A stretch of DNA of 54,512 nt, filler included, from Asterionella formosa (taxonomy: Eukaryota): NCBI GenBank assembly GCA_002256025.1. It is 4 parts of 4 records of this genome, joined end to end, with 100 filler letters (N's around TTAATTAATTAA, not from the genome) between each part and the next. Parts side by side here need not be neighbours in the genome. Positions count along the whole stretch, not along the records: positions 1 to 13,590 come from NKIB01006590.1; 3 more parts are not named here. One strand, 5' to 3'. Position 1 is the stretch's first letter. Every line of letters begins with the position of its first letter. Made by a program: the position numbers and the translations under genes. The notes beneath the pieces are model-generated. The model was given only the letters and a program-made list of their open reading frames with translations, searched no databases and was not told the origin of the DNA. This document shows positions 1 through 10,528 of the stretch, piece after piece.

Positions 1-799
1 AAAAGCTACGACGGGTGTTGGAATACATAAATGGAAGTATGGATGTGGAATACACCATTGGAGCCGACGACATGGGCAAGATGAGGTCGTGGGTGGATGC
101 GGCTTTTGCCGTGCACCCTGACATGAAGAGCCACACCGGTGGCGTGATGTCTTTTGGAACTGGAGGCATCATATGCAAGTCGACCAAGCAGAAATTGAAC
201 ACAAAGAGTTCGACGGAGGCTGAATTTGTGGGTGCCAGCGACTATCTCCCGAACACACTGTGGGTAAAATGTTTCTTGAAGCACAGGGATACAAGATTCA
301 AGAAAGTTTCTTCGAACAAGACAACGAGAGCGCAATTAGACTCGAGAAGAACGGACGAATTTCGGCAGGGCCAAAGTCTCGGCATATCAACATCCGCTAT
401 TTCTGGATTAAGGATCGATCGGTAGATGAAGGAATCACCATTCGCCATTGTCCAACGTTGGAAATGTTGGGGGATTTTTTTACGAAACCACTGCAAGGAA
501 ACCTGTTCAGAACATTCCGAAATGTGCTTCTAGGAGCTGCGCACGTCGATACCCTGACTGCCAGTTCCCTGGCAACAGCCGAGGAGCGTGTTGGAAAAAT
601 GCGAGCTGACTGCCACAGGACAGGCATGAAGGGTATAGTGGACACGAGAGAGAACAGTACTACAGTTAAAACCGTACAGCCGCTACAAAGATTTACCTGG
701 GCTGACGTGGTAAAAGGCACAACGCAAGGAAAAGCAATCAGAGGTCAGGAAAAAATGTTAAAATGCAATGTGAGTATTCCTCCTTCTTTCAAAGCTTGA
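1..799 (+). mobile_element. Ty1/copia (CoDi-like) retrotransposon pol 3' end: end of RT and RNase H, with one frameshift near 265
   Basis: ORF 15-425 has WVDAAFAVHPDMKSHTGG and KQKLNTKSSTEAEFVG. It continues in ORF 260-799 with EQDNESAI, SRHINIRYFWIKD and MLGDFFTKPLQG, which are canonical copia RNase H motifs. Truncated by the window start. Confidence 0.95.
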
Positions 800-885
800 T
801 TCCGGCGTCTGTAGCCATTACCAAACACGCAACAAGCAGCATTGCTTACCCCAACGGTTTCATTTCCTGTAATCTTTGGACAACA
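589..885 (+). repeat. Probable 3' LTR of the copia element
   Basis: Purine-rich gaggagcg (581-588) directly precedes TGTTGG at 589, and CAACA at 881-885 gives TGTTG...CAACA termini. No partner LTR is in the window, so the right boundary is inferred. Confidence 0.55.
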
Positions 886-1785
886 TCCATGGAATTCACC
901 ATGAAAATTGCACCTTGCTTCTTCACATCTACAGGTGGTTCACGCTTTATCTTAAAGTTACAGGAAAATAATGGTGAATTTGCTATTGCCTTGTCTGTCA
1001 CTTCCAATTCGGCGACTATAAAGACATCAGGAGTTGACCTTGATTTAATTCGATTTCTAGGAAAGGAAGTGCTTCCCTGCTTCATAACCAAAAAGTCGAT
1101 TGAGGTCCTGCTGTGTGAACACAAACGAGATGGAAATACTTTCCATGTCCATCCCAATTATTTGGGACAGGGGTTTTCTTGGTATGCATGATTGGGCCAA
1201 CTTCAAATGGATAGACAAGGAAAGTGATACAACACAGCAGCAATACTAGTTATTTCTTTTAATATATATATATATATATATTAGCTACTATATGTATGAA
1301 CATTATAACGTCCATTGTCACCTTAAATTCTTCACTATTGTTTATGTCGCAATTTTGTAGACATTAATTTCGTCTGGATTCGTGTACGTTATTCAATCAT
1401 GAGTGCCTCCCAAACCCCCAATGCATTGTCTGCTCGGAATGAAGATGAAGACCTTTCTCTGGAGACAAGTGCTGATCTCGTTTCTGTATTGAAGGGTAAT
1501 TATTCTGGCTAAGTTGGCCATTTTGTATGCTACACAAAGGCCAAAGCGTTGGTCAATGTGCACGACAGGGTCTCCAATAAATCTGTTCTTGACCATGCCT
1601 GGAAGCCTTCCGAAATCAAGAAAATCTTCCCATGGGACAATTGCTGTCCGTTACCTGATTTTTTCGAGTCAATTTTGGAGGACGAGTTCTGTATCAAGTT
1701 CAAGATTGATCAGATTGCCGCACAGTTTGTTGCTTGTGGTCTAAATCAGCCACAAAACGCCCATTCTTGTCAATTATTTTCGTGA
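886..1785 (+). pseudogene. Decayed C-terminal fragment of a Plavaka-like transposon protein
   Basis: EHKRDGNTFHVHPNYLGQGFSWY is followed, after removing a 4-nt insertion (about 1186-1189), by DWANFKW. This resembles FNPKW...SWFDWVEVNW at about 48400-48480. Multiple stops and shifts. Confidence 0.5.
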
Positions 1786-3483
1786 TTGTTTGCATGCCGC
1801 TCAATATGGTAATATTGCATGATCACTTAGTAGTACTACCGTAATAGCAGTGATATCTGTCATGTTGTCCTTTTAATCAGGCGAAAAATGACAATCCAAC
1901 GGTGTATCTAAAGTTAGAGGAAAGTAACAATAAGGTTTTCAAATTGAGCCTCAAAGAGAGACTGAAATCAGCCTAATGAGCCGGAAAGAACCCGAAGATA
2001 TATTCTTGACATAACTTGGCCTTTTACACGCAGGCAGGGCTGAACCTCGGGTTTCTCTACAATGCAACCGCCTAGCCATATATATGTCATTTATTCTTTG
2101 TCGACCATGACCGTTCTCCTTCGACGGAAATGGCAAAGGCTACCAGGCGGCAGATTATCATCATCATCATCAGCATCAGGGCCATCGACTAGAGGCTATT
2201 TTCTGTACATTGTTGTTTCCGTCGCTATGTATGCTATTGCAAACTATTTTTGAATTGCTTCTCTTTGTTAGTATGGCTGATTGGAACAACGAAATGGATT
2301 CAATAGCGCGTGAATGCGAACTCAGAACCCTCAGCCAGCCAGGAGTAAATGGAACAAAGCAAGCAGGGGAACAACGGCAAGGCAAGCAGTAGTACAACAA
2401 CCTTCAGAAATGGATTGGGGGGAAGGTGGAAGTGAAAAGTGAAAGCTGAAGCACCAATCATTGCGATGAGAGCATTGTAGAACATTCTGTAGCCACTCAA
2501 GATACTATAGAAACAAAAAACCATTCTTAAATACTAAAGTTCTAAATTTTGATCAATTTCATCCTATTTTAGACAGTGATATCGATGAGAATTACGATCA
2601 TGCTAAGATAGATGTATGACAAAAGTATACACATCATATGACCATGTTTAACAAATTATATGATGCAATGGTATTAGTAGTATAGACAATGAGTTTTGTC
2701 CCTTGATGGAACTACTAGCTACCCCACAAGAACAGCAGGTTCCTGAAGCGGAATGCAACAATTGTGTGATCAAAGAATGAGTATGGCTGTGCAAGTTATC
2801 ACTGATTGCCCTAAAAGCATTTGCCACAGCTGATTGTTAAGATTTTAGTCTCTGAATTTCTTTCCAATGAACATTTGGCTGATGCTCACCATGCTTCTTA
2901 GCCAAATGAAGGCGACTTGGCAAAATTAATCAAGATTATGAATTCTTGAAAGCAACTCAAAATGAGGTTGCATGTATGAGCGCTGACAACACAGCCCATT
3001 TGGTCCCTGACGTACTATCCTCAAGGGTTACAAGAAAGCAATAGAAGGCTTCAGGATGCAATTTCAACAGGTAGGTCCTCAGTGAAATTTGTTTACCATA
3101 TCTTAGGTTTCCCACATCTCAGGCCAGTACTTATCATAGTATATAATATGTTACTGTGTACTCCGAGAATCTGTGAAGGTCAGGTAAAACACGTTTTTGA
3201 GTTATGTACATCACGCACATCGTCTGGCATATGTACTGTTAATACAATGTTTTACAGGTACACCCGTATACCATGGTACCAGGGTACCGTAGTATGGTGT
3301 GCTACCAGGTACCTGGTACCAGGTAGTCTAAAATCACACGCACATGAATTTCTATTGTCAATCCTGGTATGTTCGCACCTCCTGGTGTTGCTATAACCTA
3401 TGTATGTATGTAACTATTATGTAGGTCTATACCGCTACATTATCTACCGGTATTGCCACTTTATCATCATTTTATTCATCATC

Positions 3484-4625
3484 ATGACAAGAACGGTCGT
3501 CGGCACCATCGTCCTCCTCGTACTGCGGCCGGTCGTCGTGGATGCCTTTCTGGATTCAGGAAAACCTCCCCATTACTCCTTTGCATTGCGTCATGCTACA
3601 CCTAAGCTATCCACCCTGCCGGCAGGAATTTCTCCTTTTGAAAAGGCGTATTCCAAAAGCATTGGCATATCTGACACACTTCGGACCCGAGCATTGGCGG
3701 CACTTCAAAGGGCGCTTAAGGATGGAATATTGTTACAAGAAATTGAATTCCCACCATTGTTGGATTCGGGAAAGACACAGTTTGATGACTTTGATAATGT
3801 CCAAGAACTCAATAAGAATGTAGACTGGTGCGTTGAGCTCCTGCCCAAACTGGACGAAGAAATTTGGTTCCTGTTACCAGATTTGAAGGAGTGCGAGCTG
3901 GCCAAGGAACAATGGAAAGGACAGAGATTTAGAAATGCGGCCAAGTTTACTACCATTGAAGCAGTTACCAATCATTATTTGGATGGGAGTTATAGGTGCG
4001 TGTGAATTGTGATGCGATGCAATAACAGGGGTAACTCTCTGAACAGTTACTTACAATTAAAGTTTATATATATTTATACAAATCATATCCAAACAGTAAA
4101 CCATGGGGGGCCACATTTGTCGACAGTGTAAGCAAATTAACTGGAGCTGGCTTGCTGGGAGATCAAAGTGCATTGGATGACTTGAACTCGGGCCCTCTCC
4201 CTTCGATTCATCTTGTCTGTCAACCCGGAAATGGTGGTCCAGTCGAAGATTGGTGTAATGTCGAAATACTTCACAAAAATGCATCACCAGGTACTGCTAC
4301 CATTATTGTCAATGGTGCTTTAGACAAGGTCCGAGATGGATACTATCCTGGTGTGTTTTTTCCAAAGTTGGCTGCAACTGTTGATCGGTTTTATAATAAA
4401 TTTGAAAGTGTCTTTTTCCTCAAACCCATTTCTGATAAGGGTGTTTATGGATGGGTATATCGAGTCTACCCGGAGCCGTGGCAAGTTGTCTTGCAAACCG
4501 TGAAGGAAAAAGATAGTCAATGCCAATACATTGAGAATACAGTTGTATCAACCAGTGCCACGCGACCGAGTTATTTACAAGCTGTTCAGACATTATTGCA
4601 AGGCCGACAAAACTTATTGAGCTAG
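3484..4625 (+). CDS. DUF1995-family (LPA3-like) plastid-targeted protein; exons 3484-3995 and 4097-4625
   Basis: Hydrophobic leader ending VVDAF, then EIEFPPL, FLLPDLKE, IIVNGALDKVRDGYYPGVFFPKLA and GWVYRVYPEPWQV. A GT(3996)...AG(4096) intron joins the two ORFs in frame (SYS-KPWGATF). Confidence 0.85.
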
Positions 4626-4781
4626 CTATATATGTACATAATGGACCATTAGATTATTTATCAAAGCCAAGTAATAAAATAATAACATATGTTGCTTTCT
4701 CACACATTATTCATCATGGAAATGGAATACTTTTCTCTTACAAAACATGATGAATTTTTAAGTTGTGCTACTTATTTGTTT

Positions 4782-5921
4782 TCAGAGTAAGAATCCCTCT
4801 TGCTCAACAATAGTTCTTGCATCACGAACATTCGTTTCATCAATAAAAGAAAACCAAATGGTCAAGGCTTTTTGTGCCTCCATCAATAGTCTTTGTAATT
4901 CTGTCACATCCATTGGTTGCTGTTGATTTTTTTGTTGTTCCATTTGATATTGTAATTCATACTTGGCTTCATCCATGGCAGTCAATACATCATTTCTATA
5001 CAAATATCTCAATCCCATATCAGATGTAATGACAGTAGTAATATCTGGAAGTGCATCATTACGGAGTAATTTGGACCGCTGTTCCTTGGGAGCTGTAAGG
5101 AGATAGGCTGTACCATCAAAGGATATTTGATTGGTATACAAATTAAGAGCTGCCCGGAGTTCATTGTCAAGTTCCTCATGTTGCTCCTGTCGACGTAAAC
5201 GTTTCCATGTATCGACTTGACCACGTTGAACCAACATGGCACCAGGTTTGAGCAAAAAGGACGATTGTTGGATAGAACGTTTGTAGGATTCTAGATACTG
5301 TTGTGCTGGTTGGTTGGGAATAGGTAACAATACTGAATGCATGGTGGAATTGAGTTGTGTCAAGTTGTGGGGGGTTAATAAAAGGTATTGCAATTCACTG
5401 AATAATAAAGCAATGTCGTTGGGATCAGTAGTAGTGGAAGAATTGTTGTTGTTTTCTTGTTGTAGTAGCATTTGTAGTTTTGATGCAACCAATACAGAGC
5501 GATCTATGAGTAGTTTGGCACGAGTAGCAGGAAGGAGGGCTTGGAGCGATGCATAGGGCTTTGTGATGGTAGTTGATGATTGTTGTTGTGCATTGGCAGA
5601 ATCTACGTCAATAACTGTATTACTTGCCGTCATAAACATCACTTGTACTGACCTCATCAAGAAGGATCGTCGATGACCTGATGATGCAACCACAATATGA
5701 TCGTTTCGTGATGATTCTCGATCATGCTCCATTATATCATCACACTTAGTCTTTGTATCGGTATTGCCTATTCTTACTGCGAGATGGCAACAATAACGAC
5801 GCGATTTTCGTAATGGTGTCACCGTATTCACCATCAAGGCATCAGTTGTTGCAGCACTTGAAACATACAAAAGAACCGGTAGTACCAGAACAAAGGTTGA
5901 CCAATACGACGGGTTTGGCAT
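4782..5921 (-). CDS. Hypothetical protein with signal peptide, possibly plastid/thylakoid-lumen targeted
   Basis: Long uninterrupted ORF. N-terminal hydrophobic stretch (FVLVLPVLLYVSSAA) and a later RRSFLM...SANA twin-arginine-like segment. Start uncertain (5921 or 5951). Confidence 0.7.
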   Translation of the reverse strand: MPNPSYWSTFVLVLPVLLYVSSAATTDALMVNTVTPLRKSRRYCCHLAVRIGNTDTKTKCDDIMEHDRESSRNDHIVVASSGHRRSFLMRSVQVMFMTASNTVIDVDSANAQQQSSTTITKPYASLQALLPATRAKLLIDRSVLVASKLQMLLQQENNNNSSTTTDPNDIALLFSELQYLLLTPHNLTQLNSTMHSVLLPIPNQPAQQYLESYKRSIQQSSFLLKPGAMLVQRGQVDTWKRLRRQEQHEELDNELRAALNLYTNQISFDGTAYLLTAPKEQRSKLLRNDALPDITTVITSDMGLRYLYRNDVLTAMDEAKYELQYQMEQQKNQQQPMDVTELQRLLMEAQKALTIWFSFIDETNVRDARTIVEQEGFLL

Positions 5922-6323
5922 TCTGAGAGGAGGGGGAGGTTTTTGTAACATACCGGTACGAGACTTTTCAACACGATATCTGAGGTTGATGTGAACCCAA
6001 ACCAAGGCGGTAATTTATTATGAAATGATGGCACTTAAGTATTCATAAATTTGTGTAAATTCATTTATACAATTGTGGATACTGTACTTGCATTGTTGGA
6101 TGCGCCGGCGGTGCTGATACATAAGAACAAGTCGGAATGTGTAACATATATATATTAATATTCCGCTATGTTTAATTAATCCAAATGGAGTTCCGGTACC
6201 AGGTATCAAGAATCTCAGGGAAGCCGCATTTTTCAAATTATCCATTTTCTACATACAAGTACATAAATTCAAAAAGCCGACATGACATATTAGTGTACAG
6301 CACTAGAAAACAAAACAAAACAA

Positions 6324-7235
6324 ATGATGACCATGGCACAGAACGCCGTGGAAGCAGTTTGTCCTGACTGGTGGACATCAGGATGCGGACTAAATGGTTG
6401 CTTTGGAACTTGCGCAGATGGTTTAGAAGCAGTAACACCGGGCGTCGAAACATTGGCATCCATCATTTGGATCTTTGGGTCTCCGATTGCGTTTCCCATT
6501 TTGTTTTGCTTCAGTGCTGAGCCACACACGAACGAAACATCTGGATATGAGATTGACGCACTGCACGCGCCATTGTATCGTCCATGTGGCTGTTGTTGTA
6601 CCATGACTCCCTGTGGTCAATGGTGGCTGCGTCGCAAGGTGCTCAACAACGACATGACGAACTACAAACTTTGGCAGGGCCAGCATGATGGACCACAATG
6701 TTGTGCTAGACGCTGTCCTGGTTCCTTCATCACTATTGAGGCAGGCACCTATGGAGAACAAGACTGTCCCAACCTATTTCTATGTTTAGAAGTTTGGGTA
6801 CTGGCTGGGATTTGGAGCTCGTGTTGTGCCTTTGATGTTAGTCGACGGGTCTTGCGACAGGAACGAGGTCTCAATTTGGACCCAACCGAAGTCAGACAAT
6901 CCAAGTGCATATCCTTCTTTGGAAACATTATGCATACGTGCTTCCAAGCCGGTATTTGCTGTTGTTTGACCAGTTGCTGCATTGGTCTGTGTGCACCAGA
7001 CAGTGAAGGAGCTCAGGAATGTTCCGGCGAAGCGGGACGAGCAAGTCGAGCATGCTGTTCCATTGCAACGACGCTGTGGAGGGGAATTGCCTCTACCCGC
7101 ATTATTACCATGGGATGCATGTCCGCACAAATGATTCATGAAATGGAATCAGAGTGGGATGGACAGCCCAAGGGAAAAGAACCAGGGGTTCCAAAATCCA
7201 TGGAAATGGATCGAAATGACAACGGCGAAGAATAG
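6324..7235 (+). CDS. Cysteine-rich membrane protein, PLAC8-like
   Basis: 303-aa ORF with CGCCCTMTPCGQWWLRRKVL, CPNLFLCLEVW and CCAFDVSRRVLRQERGL patterns resembling PLAC8/Cys-rich proteins. Confidence 0.7.
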   Translation: MMTMAQNAVEAVCPDWWTSGCGLNGCFGTCADGLEAVTPGVETLASIIWIFGSPIAFPILFCFSAEPHTNETSGYEIDALHAPLYRPCGCCCTMTPCGQWWLRRKVLNNDMTNYKLWQGQHDGPQCCARRCPGSFITIEAGTYGEQDCPNLFLCLEVWVLAGIWSSCCAFDVSRRVLRQERGLNLDPTEVRQSKCISFFGNIMHTCFQAGICCCLTSCCIGLCAPDSEGAQECSGEAGRASRACCSIATTLWRGIASTRIITMGCMSAQMIHEMESEWDGQPKGKEPGVPKSMEMDRNDNGEE

Positions 7236-7308
7236 GGCTTTGCTCGCATGAATGCAATACATTTATTTAAAATATCCGTATCCTTTCCAAATAGAAAACG
7301 CTACACAA

Positions 7309-9639
7309 TTATTCCCTCAACCAACCCCGAGCAATCCGGAGAGCATTCAGAGACCTAGTATTCTCTCGGCGTTTGCCAACCTGTAGACGTTCGACACCCT
7401 CCAGTGCTGCGATAGTCGTGCCCAAATGCCGCAACACCATCTTGTGCTTCTCAACCACTTCCATCTTTTCCAAGGCTACAACGGCCTGGAGAATCATTAA
7501 CATCACTGAACAGTTTTCCATCAAGTCTAACCTATCCACATAACGTCCTTCGCTTCCTGTCAATACATTGCGATAAATGACAATGATCTTTTTAAGCAAA
7601 ACGCGTTTTCCCTCGTCATATTCAACGACATGGGATTCTCTCAAATAGGCATTGACCAAGGCACCAAAGGACTCCACCGTTGGCTTCCATACCATTGACC
7701 CCATGGAATTTTCTCTATGTTTGCCTTTGCCCTTATAGTTGCGTCCCATCTCCCATACAGCTTCCGCCAAGTCAGATCGCCTCATCTTGGCTGCTGCACG
7801 GACCAATTCACGCCATGATTTGTCGTTAGGATGCAACCCTTCTTCTTGCAGTCGTCGCATCACTTGTTGGGCTCGGTCCAAGTCACCTTCCCGAGCACAC
7901 GCTCGAAGCAAAGCATTGTAACAGGCTAAATCGGGTTGGGCACCGACAGTTTTCATTTCCTGAAAGACCAGAAAGACCTTCATGAGCAGCGTATTCGAAT
8001 CGTCACTGCCTGAATCGGTCGTTTCCATCAATACCTTCATCAACTCGGTATATACCTCAATTGCTTTTGTATCACCACCTTGGTCTAACCGTGTCTCATC
8101 TAGTAGGATACTATTCTTCCTCTCCATCTTAACTAGCCGCTCTGCCGATGACATGAGACTGGTATAAATCACTTCATTTGGGGCGATTCCTACCCGTTTC
8201 ATATATCTCAACACATCCAACGTTTCTGCTATTTTCCCTGTTCGTAACAAGCAATCTGCCAAGCACCCACAAGTAACGGTGTTGGGTTGCACATCAAACT
8301 TGGGCATGGTATAAAATAACCTCATGGCAGTATCCATCCGTCCTGCCCTACCCAATACATTGATTGCTGCAGTCCATGCCCCCACTTCATTCAACACCTT
8401 ATGTTTCTGTCGCAACATTGTTCGTAATCCCTTGAGTGCCAAATCAGGTCGTCCAGCACGTCCACATGCATCAATCAATGCTGAATATGTTTTCCCATTT
8501 GGGACAATCTCTTCTTGAATCATTTCTTGTAACCATGCAAAGGCCAATGTCACATCATGTGCTCCACTGGTTTGACTTTTAGTTCGTGCCACAGTCGATA
8601 TGAGGGTAGTAAATGTCCGTGCATCTGGCCGCAGTCCCGATTGCACCAACCGTTCCTTGGCACATAACGCAGCATCCAAATCACGTGCCTTGGCACAAGC
8701 ATCTAAAAGTGTATTGTACGTTACCAAGTTGGGTGTTAATTTAGGTACATCTGTCCCATTCCCATGAATCATTTGATCCAGAATGTACCATGCGGAATCC
8801 ACGTCAGCTAACTTAGCATAGACGTTTAATAAAATATTGGCAGCCTTGACATCGGGTACTATACTGTTGGAACCAAATGTATTTTTTGTTTGTCGATGTA
8901 TTGCAGATGTAGATGTAGGTATTGTAGAAAAGAAATCTGCTTGTAATTTCATTAAATTCCACAATCTCAAGGCAACATGAGGATTACCAATAGTCAATGC
9001 TCTTGACATCATGGTACTGTATGTAACCAATGTCGGTGCTGGTACAATCACCATGGCATCAACATCAACATCACCATCATGTTGCTGTTGCCGTCGAATC
9101 ATATGTCCACTACATTTTTTCATTTTCAAAAACAGTCTCAAGGCTCGTAAATAATCTCCTGAATCACCAAAGGTAGCTAATGCTGTATTACAAGAACGGA
9201 CACTTGGAAAGACAATACGACGTGCTTTGTTTTCATAATACACTTCTGATGCACATGACGCTTGATCATGGCAAAGTAGTTGTTGCAAAGCAATCATCAT
9301 GTCGTCTTCCACTTTTTCAGCATGAGACCATTTAATGTGCCATGATGATTGTTGTATTGATGATTGTTGTTGATATTGTAAAGATGATGATGATTGTTGT
9401 TGTTCTTGTTGTTGTTGAAGTGTTGTACGAATGACAAAGGCATGTGATGATTGGATCTGTACCACCATGTTTATAATTGTCATTAGGACAATGACAATCC
9501 CACCATTGCTATGAAAGTGCATTCGTTCATGTCGTTGTCGACGCGACTGAGGAAGATTGCAATAATAATAATTATAATTATTATTATGGCGATTGCAACG
9601 TTTTGAAGAGAGTAATAAACAACAATTATTAATCGACAT
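7309..9639 (-). CDS. Pentatricopeptide repeat (PPR) protein, probably organelle-targeted
   Basis: Multiple 35-aa PPR units (PNLVTYNTLLDACAK, PDARTFTTLIS, PNGKTYSALIDACGRAG, PNTVTCGCL, PDLACYNALLRACAREG) and a SHAF leader motif. The start codon is uncertain. Confidence 0.92.
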   Translation of the reverse strand: MSINNCCLLLSSKRCNRHNNNYNYYYCNLPQSRRQRHERMHFHSNGGIVIVLMTIINMVVQIQSSHAFVIRTTLQQQQEQQQSSSSLQYQQQSSIQQSSWHIKWSHAEKVEDDMMIALQQLLCHDQASCASEVYYENKARRIVFPSVRSCNTALATFGDSGDYLRALRLFLKMKKCSGHMIRRQQQHDGDVDVDAMVIVPAPTLVTYSTMMSRALTIGNPHVALRLWNLMKLQADFFSTIPTSTSAIHRQTKNTFGSNSIVPDVKAANILLNVYAKLADVDSAWYILDQMIHGNGTDVPKLTPNLVTYNTLLDACAKARDLDAALCAKERLVQSGLRPDARTFTTLISTVARTKSQTSGAHDVTLAFAWLQEMIQEEIVPNGKTYSALIDACGRAGRPDLALKGLRTMLRQKHKVLNEVGAWTAAINVLGRAGRMDTAMRLFYTMPKFDVQPNTVTCGCLADCLLRTGKIAETLDVLRYMKRVGIAPNEVIYTSLMSSAERLVKMERKNSILLDETRLDQGGDTKAIEVYTELMKVLMETTDSGSDDSNTLLMKVFLVFQEMKTVGAQPDLACYNALLRACAREGDLDRAQQVMRRLQEEGLHPNDKSWRELVRAAAKMRRSDLAEAVWEMGRNYKGKGKHRENSMGSMVWKPTVESFGALVNAYLRESHVVEYDEGKRVLLKKIIVIYRNVLTGSEGRYVDRLDLMENCSVMLMILQAVVALEKMEVVEKHKMVLRHLGTTIAALEGVERLQVGKRRENTRSLNALRIARGWLRE

Positions 9640-10528
9640 TTTAAATATAAATTCAATAATAATAACTCTCGTCGTCGTCGTCGTCGTCGTCAACAACAAC
9701 ACATTAAATATTGCATGAATACCTACCGGGTAGGTAGAAGGAACTGGTTGCTTTGGTGCTGCCAGGAGTATAAATTTATAATGATCTAGAATCGACGAGG
9801 ACACGACAAATTTGGATGAGGAGAAACACGACCCATCAGGCAGCTGCTTTTTTCTTTTTTGCAATGTACGAGGATGGAGACTACCGTACATACAGCAAGT
9901 TGCTGTTATTGTGCTGAAACTTAGCTGGGAATATATATATTTCCAAAATACATCCTGGTATGTGTATATATATGCATATACCGGTATATCGGAAAGAAAC
10001 CCCGGCACATCCATCTTCCAACAGTGATGATGCATTTTGAGGAAATACCGGTACATAGTAGATAAGACAGCCATCATTCGACCCCAAAAACAATCAAAGG
10101 AGTATTATTTACCGGTATAGACACCAAAATTAGACGTTTTCACTGACTTTGCATGTCAATTTGGGGTCAATATGTACCATTTATTTGAAATACTTTATTT
10201 ACATAGCTAGGCTGCGATTGTCTCCGGTCCCGCCCTGGCTAATCACATTCAAGAAAGACCAAGCCGGGGGTGGGGGGAAGCAATCATCACTTTGTTATTG
10301 GATTGTCACAATACCTGGTAACGGGGATCCTAATCCTACAACCAATGAAATGTGGTAGTACCCAGGTGATATGCGCTCTGTGGAACTATGAAAGAAATTG
10401 GATGGACTGTATTGAAGTCCGCCTCCACAGTCGCGACTACGAGGAGTCCCCCTGTTGGTCCAAATAAACAATGACATAAACTCCTGCATTCATTGCAAAA
10501 GTGATTTGATACATTCGTCTAAGATTTC

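Noticed and set aside
255..280. Frameshift in copia RNase H as programmed frameshifting
   Set aside because: It lies inside a conserved domain at a short A run. Decay or homopolymer sequencing error is more likely.
9640..10077. N-terminal 146 aa of the 922-aa PPR ORF
   Set aside because: It looks like translated upstream DNA (microsatellite and taccggta motifs), and the targeting-like leader lies downstream.
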